DNA of 64,000 nucleotides, from assembly GCA_963813715.1 (NCBI GenBank), contig CAWFAK010000005.1:544001-608000 (forward strand). Direction: 5' to 3'. Within the stretch, counting starts at the first letter, position 1. The number at the start of each line of letters is the position of its first letter. Below are positions 55,225 through 64,000 of the stretch, piece by piece. Both the position numbers and the translations under genes were made by a program. The notes below the pieces were generated by a model. It did no database searches, had not been told where the DNA came from, and saw nothing but the letters and a program-made list of their open reading frames with translations. This DNA is from an uncultured Planctomycetaceae bacterium. Its GTDB lineage: Bacteria; Planctomycetota; Planctomycetia; Planctomycetales; Planctomycetaceae.

Positions 55225-55918
55225 ATGCCGACTACAGTCAATGGGTTGGATTTTGCGGTCGTAGGATTCATCCCTCAAATTCCAGATCCCGGACAGCAAC
55301 CGGCGGTCTACAAGAACTCTGCGTGGCCGATTGGAATGGGTTTCTTGTTTAAGTCAGGGAATCCAGATCCTGTGATCGCGAGCTATGCAGATCTGCAAAC
55401 GCTGGTCAATCAGCGAGAGTTCCGGTTCATCGTCGCACTTCGAAACCTCAGTGCAACATGGCCGGATCAGGCCGGCCCAGTGCAGGTAAGTTACGATCCC
55501 CCTGACATGATTCCAGGCTACACGCCTGTTCGGGTTTGGTGCACGGTTGGCCGAGTTTGTGCTTCATGCACCTCTGGTTTTCGCCCGCGCCGCGCTCACG
55601 GACATTGGGCGGCGCGCCACTCCGCAAGAGTTCACAATTGAGCTCGTTGTGAAGGTCAAGCTGTCATGGTGGATGAATGTTGTGCAAACCGCTTTAACTT
55701 GGCATTTGGCGCCATGGGCCGTCGTAGTAGTCCGCTACACGCTCTTCCGCTCGGGAGGCTCGAAAATTGAGGTCATCAGCTCTGAAATTCCCTCACAGAA
55801 GTTTGTGCACGACTGGGGCACCGTAGGTGCCCACGACATGTGCAACATCACTCCGCACCAGCTCAATGCGTTTATTGCGACAGGCGACTGTCTCGACGCG
55901 CCGCTATCGCAAAAATGA
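55225..55918 (+). CDS. Hypothetical protein (~230 aa), frameshift near 55535
   Basis: Two overlapping protein-like ORFs, 55225-55641 and 55547-55918. Confidence 0.55.
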
Positions 55919-55973
55919 CTTTCCCGTAAGGGCAATCGGGACTAGAATTTAGAGACGGGGGGCGGAGGAATTG

Positions 55974-56423
55974 ATGCGCACATCCCGAGTAGATTCGTCT
56001 TTTTTCGAGTTTTACACAGCCATTCGCGAAGCTGATGTGTCGGGCTATCCGGAGCTGGGCGACATTGTGCTCATTAGGGGCGACAGCCAGATTTACGCCC
56101 AAGTCGATGATATAGAAAGAATTAGGACTCCCGCTGGTGTGGAGTTTCGGCTGCAATTTCGCGTCAACGATGCACCGCTGACACGGCGCTCCAAGGAGCA
56201 GACTGGCAGGATAGCGGTGCCAATCTCCACTGACGGGCAGATGCGTTATGAGCCCCCCACGCTTTATTACACTTTGAGCACACGAAACACGGATGAGGAA
56301 AATAAACGAAATCTGAGCGATTTTGTATTTTCCCAATGGGACAACGTAACGAAGTCCATTTACCGACTCCGCGAAAATCACGATTCTGAGGATCGACGAT
56401 CTGATGCGGGCTCCTCTGGTTAA
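55974..56423 (+). CDS. Hypothetical protein
   Basis: GGAGG RBS; ~150-aa ORF in the low-GC block. Confidence 0.6.
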   Translation: MRTSRVDSSFFEFYTAIREADVSGYPELGDIVLIRGDSQIYAQVDDIERIRTPAGVEFRLQFRVNDAPLTRRSKEQTGRIAVPISTDGQMRYEPPTLYYTLSTRNTDEENKRNLSDFVFSQWDNVTKSIYRLRENHDSEDRRSDAGSSG

Positions 56424-56672
56424 CTTTTCTTGCGGCCGCTGCCCTTAACGCCCCCCCTACGGGGCACCAGACCAGCGGCGCGAGCTGGGCCGCGCTTTCG
56501 AAGCCCAGCTCGAATTCTACCTCGCCCTGCGAGGCCTCAAGAGCCCCAGGCTCCGCGGCGTGCATCTCGCGCCCGACCCCGATCATTGCGGCAATCTCGA
56601 TGAGCCGTCGCTCGTTGGCCTGCCACTGCGAGGGAGTCGTGGTCAACCATCTTTCGACCCGACTTTTTGCAA

Positions 56673-56746
56673 TACACCCGGCAGGATTCGAACCTGCGAC
56701 CTGCGGTTTAGGAAACCGCCGCTCTATCCACCTGAGCTACGGGTGC
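56673..56746 (-). tRNA. tRNA-Arg(CCT), CCA not encoded
   Basis: GCACCCG-TA-GCTC-AGGTGGATA-GAGC-G-GCGGT-TT-CCT-AA-ACCGC-AGGTC-GCAGG-TTCGAAT-CCTGC-CGGGTGT-A forms a full cloverleaf. Confidence 0.97.
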
Positions 56747-56972
56747 GTTCGATGCACGCGACCGACGACGGGTTGTTTGTCGTGTTTCTGAGTGGACCCC
56801 GATCTTTCACTCGATGCGTTGGACCATCTCTTGGATCCGATCGGTCCAGTCATATCAGTCCAACTTCGGACTTGGCCAGAGATCCTCTTGGTTTTATTGG
56901 AAACCGCTTACTCATTGAAGGACATTTCGTGAACCAAAAGCCGGGGTCAATCCGGCGGTTGTTGCGCGGGCG

Positions 56973-57851
56973 TTATGGGGACGCTGTCTTGGACATCGTG
57001 ATCTTGCCGAAGGTCATAAAGACGCGCGTTTTGCCGGAAGGGCCGCGGTAGGCTCCCTCGGCTTTGCACAGTTTGCACGCTAGCGCCGTGAATTCCCAGC
57101 AATCGGCCTCGTCGCAGTTGAGCTTTCGCGTCGTGAGGGGGGCGATGCTCTGTTTCTGGCCGTATTCGCGGACCACTTGCGAATCGCGGGTCAGCCCCTT
57201 CACCAGCGAGGGGTTGTCCCAAGCCCACAGCCAGGTGCCGTCGGCCGTGTTGTAAGTGCCGATGATCTGCACCGGGGCAGCGGCGTGGATTTTCTGCGAG
57301 TCGAACGAGATCGTCCCTTTGTCCTGGTCGAGGAGCCACTTCGTGTCCTCGAAATGAATGACCGCCTGGAGGGCGGCGTTCTTTGCCTGCAGTTCGGCCA
57401 TGGCCTGGTCGACCAGCGGCCGCACGGTTGGGCCGTCCAGGACAGGGGGCTGCTCGTTGTGGAACATCACGAAAAGGCCCGCGCACAACGCGACCACAGT
57501 CGCGAACGTGATCGAGCCGAGGAGGACGATCCAGCCCCGGATCGTCAGGCCGGCGATTTTTCGGCGCGGCGGCTTTTCGGGAACATCCGGGGAACGCTTC
57601 GACGCCGCGGTTCGGGCGCCCGCCTTCCCGGCGGGTCGGGCGGTGGATTTCGGAGGGCGGATCGGCCGCGGCGGCACGGGATTGCCGTATTCGTCGTCCC
57701 CGGCATCATCTGGCTGCGGGTCGGCCGGCATTGACGCCGACGGAATGCGGACCTTGCTGCCGCACTGCTTGCAATGAAACTGCCGCCCGGCCTTGTCGTC
57801 GGCGACGCGGTACGTTCGTCCGCACTGTTCGCAGGCGACCGGAATGGGCAC
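56973..57851 (-). CDS. Zinc-ribbon, linker, TM and DUF6882-like domain protein
   Basis: CEQC...CKQC; TM; QIIGTYN..GTWLWAWDNPS...GAYRGP. Confidence 0.8.
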   Translation of the reverse strand: MPIPVACEQCGRTYRVADDKAGRQFHCKQCGSKVRIPSASMPADPQPDDAGDDEYGNPVPPRPIRPPKSTARPAGKAGARTAASKRSPDVPEKPPRRKIAGLTIRGWIVLLGSITFATVVALCAGLFVMFHNEQPPVLDGPTVRPLVDQAMAELQAKNAALQAVIHFEDTKWLLDQDKGTISFDSQKIHAAAPVQIIGTYNTADGTWLWAWDNPSLVKGLTRDSQVVREYGQKQSIAPLTTRKLNCDEADCWEFTALACKLCKAEGAYRGPSGKTRVFMTFGKITMSKTASP

Positions 57852-57919
57852 TTCGTTTTCCTGCTCTAATTTGGGCCGATAAACACGACATTAAACGTCC
57901 GAACCGTTCTCCTCAATCC

Positions 57920-58435
57920 TCATGACAATTCGATTGCACCGGTCCCGAGTTCATCCGGAGCCGTCAAGTAAATGTGCAAAAAACTGGAGAACGAGTTAGC
58001 GACAATGTGGTGCGTTGTCCCGTTGCCGATCCACACAACAGGAGCGTCGTCTCCCCCGGCCGACAAGCGAATGGCGAACGCCGCGGAGTAAATCAAATGA
58101 TCAGCGAACACGAACCATAGGGCAGGCTGGGGGAGTGTGTCCATGATTTTGCGGTAATCCGGGATGCCCCCGAAGTTGGCGAGTTCTTCGGGAACACTCT
58201 TGACGTCACAAAGGCGATGGAACGAAAAGCAGTCGTCATCCATTTCATTTTCGCCCATCCCATCGACCGTGGTGAAAAACTCCCGCATATCCAATGGCAT
58301 GCAGACCTGATAGCGGGCCTCGAACAACTGGATCTCTTCCCTCGAGACGCCGGGCCGGTGTCGGATATTGCATTGAGACCAGCGGCTTTTGAGTCGTTCG
58401 ATCAAGAACGCTCCATTGATTATGCGAGCCGACAC
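57920..58435 (-). CDS. SMI1/KNR4 (SUKH) family immunity-type protein
   Basis: PGVSREEIQLFEARYQVCMPLDMREFFTTVDG...FVFAD...IVANSFSSFL. Confidence 0.85.
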   Translation of the reverse strand: MSARIINGAFLIERLKSRWSQCNIRHRPGVSREEIQLFEARYQVCMPLDMREFFTTVDGMGENEMDDDCFSFHRLCDVKSVPEELANFGGIPDYRKIMDTLPQPALWFVFADHLIYSAAFAIRLSAGGDDAPVVWIGNGTTHHIVANSFSSFLHIYLTAPDELGTGAIELS

Positions 58436-58480
58436 TCACATCAACTCTCCCATTTCTCCCTTAACGTAGCAGACGCCCAA

Positions 58481-59416
58481 TCATGTCACCGTCATGTCCA
58501 CTCCAAGACACGCGGCGCTCACGCCGGGCACAGCCGAAACACCGTGATTTCCGGTCGCACATTGAACCGCACGGGGAGCAGGTGGCCCAGGCCGCGGTTG
58601 ATGTACAGTCGGCGACCTTGTCCGACGTCGAATTCGCCGCTGGTGTAGCGGCGGTTGCGGACTGGCAGGAGGGGCGGCGGGAGAAACGGGGGCTTGCATT
58701 GGCCGCCGTGCGTGTGGCCCGCCAGGATCCAGCCGCGGCAGTTGGCCAAGAGTGATGAATCGACGGCGTCGGGATTGTGGCACAGCGTGAGGGCCGGCTT
58801 TTGCCAGTCGACTTTCGGGACGACCGCTTCGGGACTGAAGTTGGGCGACCAGAGATCGTCGATGCCGACGAGCTGCAGGCCCGGCGACCGAACGGTGCTC
58901 ATTGCGTAACAGGTGGATGCCCAAGTCGGGGAGTCGCCGAGCCAGCGTGTCGGCCACGTCTTTGCGCGACCAGCCCCGGGCGTAGTCATGGTTGCCGAAG
59001 ATCGCGAAACAACCGAGCGGGCCCGGCGACAGATGCTCGAGGACGCGACAGACGTGGTCCACCTGCTCGGTGTCGAAACACGTCATGAAGTCGCCGGTGA
59101 TGACGGTCAAATCCGGACTGAGTGCCGAGACGCGCTTGAGGCAATCGATCAGGTAATCACTGTCGACCGAACGTCCGACGTGCAGGTCGCTGATCTGCAC
59201 GAGCCGGCGACCGTGCAAGTCCGTCGGCAAGCCAGCAATCGGCAGATCGCGCTCGACGACTTCCACCCAATGCGGCTCGATCCGCCAGGTGTAAAGTCCC
59301 ACTCCGCACGCACCGAGAGCCGTCGCCGCCAAAAAGCGACGACGGGTCAGCCGCGAGCGCCACGTGCGCCGAGGGGGAGCCTGTGAAGCTTGGGGCCCTG
59401 CAGGATCGCCGGTCAT
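58481..59416 (-). CDS. Tat-signal metallophosphoesterase (YkuE/YaeI type), frameshift near 58880
   Basis: TRRRFL; SDLH, TGDF, GNHD, HNPD, AGHTHGGQ. Confidence 0.92.
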   Translation of the reverse strand: MTGDPAGPQASQAPPRRTWRSRLTRRRFLAATALGACGVGLYTWRIEPHWVEVVERDLPIAGLPTDLHGRRLVQISDLHVGRSVDSDYLIDCLKRVSALSPDLTVITGDFMTCFDTEQVDHVCRVLEHLSPGPLGCFAIFGNHDYARGWSRKDVADTLARRLPDLGIHLLRNEHRSVAGPAARRHRRSLVAQLQSRSGRPESRLAKAGPHAVPQSRRRRFITLGQLPRLDPGGPHARRPMQAPVSPAAPPASPQPPLHQRRIRRRTRSPTVHQPRPGPPAPRAVQCATGNHGVSAVPGVSAACLGVDMTVT

Positions 59417-59448
59417 GCCGTCGATTGTGACACAGAATCGCCGGGCCG

Positions 59449-60481
59449 TCAGGCTCCCAGGCGCTCGGTCACGGTTTGCGCGTAGTCTGCGTTCCGGAAT
59501 CGCAGGCGGACGACACCGCGCGATTTATCGCCTCCCGCGACCTTGGCAGGCGCGTTCATTCGCTCCGCGACCACAATGCTGATCACGATCGACACGCACA
59601 CGAGAGCGACGCTGATCACGCTGAAGGCGATCCAGTCGAGATTCAGCGGTAGCACGATGACGGCCGTCACCAAGACGCTGGCGATGACTCCGTTCCAGCA
59701 CAGACGTCGATACCGTCGCTCGGCGGCGTCTTTGCACTCGCGACAGCGGGGAATGGTCAGCCGTAATGTCGTCCCCACTTTCAGCGCGTGACCGCACTCC
59801 AGCGTCCCCGGTTGTGCGCAGTCGCAGCAAAGCATGGGCCAGGTTTGGCGGCCGATCTGAAAGTCGCACCAGTCTTGGCTGGCCTCGAGCGGCGGCGCTT
59901 CTCGCTGGGCCGGCGCCAGCTGCCCGCTGTCGGGATTCTTTGAGCAGAGCCGGTGGCGAGCCGACGGGCAGCTTGGGCGGCAGCGGGTGATCCTGATTCG
60001 GCTGAATTCGGCCTCGCGCCCAGTGTCGCCAGAGGAACATTCCCCCGGAGAGCGACAGCACGCCGACGGGGATCAGCAGCATCCAGGTGATTCCCCGCGG
60101 GCCGACGGACGCAACGACGAAGCCCAGGATGACAGTCAGAATGACCCCAAAGACTCCCAGCGCGGCGGCGCTCTCGCCCAACTTACGGTAGCTTCCGCGT
60201 CGAAAGCCGGCGACGAGCTCCTCGTTGATCCAGTTACACTTGGGGCACGGGACCAGTTCGGACTCCGACGACATGCGCCGCTGGAGGTCCTTTTGGGCCT
60301 TTTGATTCGCCTTGGTGGTCGCGCGGCCGACGCCGAGGCCGTACGGAGCCTGTGCGCTGCCGCTGCCGATCCGCGTGAACTTGTAGAAGTACTCGCAACC
60401 ACAACGAGTGCAAGCCACGCGCACCAGGCGCGCCCCGACCCGCTCGGCGTTAATCGTCTTGGCGTGGTAATGGACGAACAT
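59449..60481 (-). CDS. Membrane protein with several CxxC zinc-finger pairs; frameshifted
   Basis: CTRC, CPKC, CCDC, CREC separated by TM pairs. Confidence 0.65.
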
Positions 60482-60482
60482 G

Positions 60483-61258
60483 TCACGTCCGCTCGAGTGA
60501 GCCCCGTTCGCCGGCAGTCGACGCGACTGGGAGCCCACACGCGTAGGCCGTGTAGACGCCCACGATCGCCCCGGCAAATGTGCCGCCGATTACGTCGCCC
60601 ACGAAATGATAGTTCATGCCGATCAAGCCGGTCGCCACCGCGAGCGGCGGCGAGCAGGCAGGCCCAGCGTCCGCGTGGGTAGGCGACCCAGGCAACGCCG
60701 ACGATCGCCAGCGTGCGGATCATGTGGCCGGACGGGAAACTGCCGTACTCGGGGCCTCGGTGAAACGGATGGAATCCATACGCGCCGTTCCCCAGGAGCG
60801 ACGGGTTATCGTGCGTCCACGTCTCGGGCCAATAACGGCCGAAGCAGAATTTCAACGACGCTTCGCACTGCACGGCAATCAACAGGCTGACGCAAGCGGC
60901 CAGCAGCGCGAGTTGCCACCGCCGAAACGGTCCGCACGACCGCCGAATTGCCAGCGCGGCCAGGATGGCCGGCGCCCACCCCTGCAAAAGCGGCGGCGGA
61001 TACTGCAGCCAATAGAAGAGCCGGATCTCATTCGTGTGGTGCTCGCTCACCCAAAACGCGACCGGCCGATCGACGAAGAAGTAACACGAGCGTGACCAAC
61101 GCCGCGCAGCACAAAATCGCGACAAGCGAACGCACGAGCAGAGTTTGTATAGACGTTGCGAGTGACCACAAACAGGGGGCCTCGTAATAACCCGAAGATT
61201 CGATCGCAGTCCGAAGCGACGCGTCAATCAAGAATCGCGTCGCCAGAACTCGGGCCAA
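60483..61258 (-). CDS. PAP2-family phosphatase; frameshifted, start uncertain
   Basis: LKFCFGRYWP, SFPSGH, YHFVGDVIGG. Confidence 0.85.
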
Positions 61259-61336
61259 CGATTACGATTCGCAACAGCGAATCGACAGCGCGTAGTCCGT
61301 CGAAGTTCGCCCGATCATATCCAAAAGGATGCGGCG

Positions 61337-63179
61337 ATGGATCGTTGCTCAAGCGGGGCGGTGGTTCGACGTTCCCTGATGATCGCGACATTGTTGCTGA
61401 TCGTCGGGACTCACGAAGTCGCCGCGCAGGTCGCGTTCGTACTCCAACCCAAAACCTATCGCGCCCCTTCCGGCCGCTATGAGCTGTCGGTCGATCCGAG
61501 TGACCTTGGCGACGCAGACACCGCGAAGTATCGATTGCAGGAGAACGGCAAGGATCGCTGGTCGGTTACGCTGCCGTTCGCCCTCATCGAGGCGGCAGTC
61601 GCCGACAATGGCACGACGATCGGCTATGGCTATACCGGCGACCGAAACGGCCGCTGCAGGGAGTTTGTGGTCGCGATTCTCGACGCTGCCGGCAAAGTCC
61701 GACTGAAGGACTTGGTCAAACGCGGGCCCAGCCCTTTCGTGGATTCCGACGGGAGTCTGCCGAGCGGCATCGGGGTAGTAGTCGATGAGCTCAACGATCG
61801 GCTGATCATCCGGGTTGCATCCGCACAATGGAGGCAACTCGAAACCTGGTGGATTTATCGGCTATCGTCCGCGAGGGCAGTCGGCAAGCAGGATCTGAGC
61901 AAGCTTTGGCAGGGCACCCAACCGTCCCGGCGCGTCTCCGCCATCAGGCCGATTCAGGGCACTCCGTTGACACTGGTGCACTTCGTCCGAAACACGGCTC
62001 ACATTCCAAGGGGCACTCACGGGGCGACATTCGGTCTGCTCGACCTCCAGGGGCGGCTTGTTTGGTCGCTGGAGCTGCCTTTCGACTATATGGCGTCGGA
62101 CCGGGAAACTGGCGAGAAGCTCTCCCAGTTGCTCGTGGAGGGGCGCTACATCCTGCGAAGCGACAAGCCGCGCGCGTTCGACCTGTTCTTCGCGGCCGCG
62201 TCACAACGTGTCTCCTATTCTGTGACTCCGAGTGCCTCGGGCCAGTGGACGGTGAAAGAGACAGCGCGAGCGCCCTTTGCGTTGATTCCCGCGCCCAAGC
62301 AAACCTTGATGATGCTCCCCAAACGGGCGCTCAAACCGCTTGAGCCGCTCGTGCTCCGGATGCACCGGAGTGGGGCGCCTTCGCCGATTCAGCAGACGGA
62401 CGAACTCGCAGCGGTGAGCTCGATGGCGATCGACCCCCAGGGGCGGATTTATCGCGATCGACCGAAAGACCGGCGCGATGTCTGTCTTCGATTCATCGGG
62501 CCGCTTTCTCCACATTTGCCGTGCTACGTTGAAAGATTTCAGCGGGCTCGTGCCGGACCCCGCCATTTCGTTTGGCGATCAAGGGGACGTTTACCTGGGC
62601 CCCGGCGAAGGGATCGAGGGGTTGTCTCGACGATGCCCGTATGCCCATTTCGACGCGAACGGAAAACGGCTGGATTCGGTTGTTTGGATCGGATTTAGTT
62701 CCTGGCTTCAACCTCGCACCAACCACCTCATCGAGCTGAGCTTTGCTTTCGCCGCTCTGAACGAGCTGTCGGGCCAGATGCTCCGCGAGCTCGGGCTGCG
62801 CCCGGATGGGCACCGGCTGTCGGGAGTCGAGTCCGCCTGTGTCGCAACGGATGGCTCGTTCGCGATTCTGGCAAATCAATACGAGAAAGGCGGCGAGACC
62901 ATCAACGTCTTCACCGCCGATGGCGATCCGATCGGCACGATTCCGCTGCGGGGCCTCATGGGCGTGATCGAGATGGCGTACGACGGACAGAGAATTGCCG
63001 TTGCTGCCGAGCAAGGTTTATTCTTCTTCGATCGCTCGGGGACGGCGCTCTACCGTTGCGACTCTCCGGTGCCCCCGCGGCGCGATTCGGTGCAGGTGCC
63101 TTACTTTCTCGACGTCGGCCGGACGTTGGCACTCTTCGACGGCCGGAATCCCGTCCTCTACCGGTATCAGCTGCCGTGA
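61337..63179 (+). CDS. Secreted beta-propeller/NHL-like hypothetical protein; frameshift near 62455
   Basis: Signal peptide; MAIDPQGRIY, VFDSSGRFL, VFTADGDPIG. Confidence 0.7.
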
Positions 63180-63254
63180 GAGCTTCGCGGACGGTGTTTC
63201 ACGTCACGCCAGCAGTTGCACGTCACGTTCAAGGGCCCGATCGCACGCTGGCGT

Positions 63255-63611
63255 CTAGCGGCCGGTGAAGTTATTGCGGCCTTGCTGGTCGCGGATTTGT
63301 TGAAAGATTGGATTCGGCTTGGCCCAGGGCTGTTCGGCCAGCTTGTTCGGGTCGTTCTTCGGATCCGACCAGTCAATCTGCCCCTCGGCCTTGGGCATCT
63401 CCCAATTCTTGGCCAGTTTCTTTTTCCAGGTGCTCGCCCAGGCTTTGTTGTTGTCCGGCAGCTTGACGCTCGCCATGTTCTGCAGCAGCACGTATCCGCC
63501 GACTCCCAGGAGCACGCAGCCCATCGCCATGCCCACGATCGTGTTGGTTTTGTCGGCTCGCCGATCTTCCGGCGTCATTTGATTTGACGTGGTCATTTGC
63601 GAGGTGGACAT
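63255..63611 (-). CDS. Small single-TM hypothetical protein
   Basis: GGGAG before ATG; TM IVGMAMGCVLLGVGGYVLL. Confidence 0.6.
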   Translation of the reverse strand: MSTSQMTTSNQMTPEDRRADKTNTIVGMAMGCVLLGVGGYVLLQNMASVKLPDNNKAWASTWKKKLAKNWEMPKAEGQIDWSDPKNDPNKLAEQPWAKPNPIFQQIRDQQGRNNFTGR

Positions 63612-64000
63612 CGTTGGGCTCCCCACGGAGGTTTCAAGCGAATAGGAGTGGCGTGATCGTCCCGCTCGATCTGGTGCCGTGCAAACAGGCACCGTTTGAA
63701 CTCGTACCGTGCAAAAGTATAGGTCGCGATTTCTTGCCCGTCGTAAGGCCTGCCGCGGACGAGTTGCAAATCGGGATCCAAAGGCTTTCGACCCCGGGAC
63801 TCGTATGTCGGCCCGCATCTGCGGTAAAATTGGCCCTCGCGTTGCCTTTTGGCAGCGTCACCGATCAACGCGCAGACATACGAGGCGATTCGGCCGCGCA
63901 GCGTCGGGTTTAGCGGCGGGCGATTGCGGATTTTTCACGCGGCGAGGCACCCGGTTCGGAACAGACCCCATGAAGCCGATCATGATCTGTTTGGCAGCGG

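Noticed and set aside
52553..56746. Intact integrative element or prophage at tRNA-Arg
   Set aside because: No integrase, phage genes or duplicated tRNA 3' end found by eye

Overview
GC-rich bacterial window, most likely from a planctomycete (inferred from the ECF sigma types, the Ser/Thr kinases with FGE-sulfatase and DUF1080-like domains, and the REP-like palindromes). Many genes, including metH and purQ, are split by single-base frameshifts, which points to an error-prone assembly rather than pseudogenes. Housekeeping content includes metH-metF, a GlpF-type channel, purQ, eno followed by an FtsB/DivIC-like gene, a GT4 glycosyltransferase, an S9 peptidase, a four-gene PspA operon, an RND efflux pair, three kinase-type genes, two ECF sigmas, an alkyl-DHAP-synthase-like/GlpD pair, a heterodimeric ABC transporter and tRNA-Arg(CCT). 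Next to the tRNA lies a lower-GC block with a HEPN-motif protein. The most unusual segment is about 12.5-15.65 kb. It holds a cluster of REP-like palindromes, then 2.3 tandem copies of a ~207-nt multi-hairpin repeat, then 6-7 tiny co-oriented genes. These genes share a conserved 5' boundary (GACGGC-ATG-AGC-GAC-GAA-CCG) and often a 3' boundary (AACTCCCGTGCCAA), and the array is closed by another copy of the repeat head. It looks like a gene-cassette array that is neither a canonical integron nor CRISPR. No recombinase for it is present in the window.
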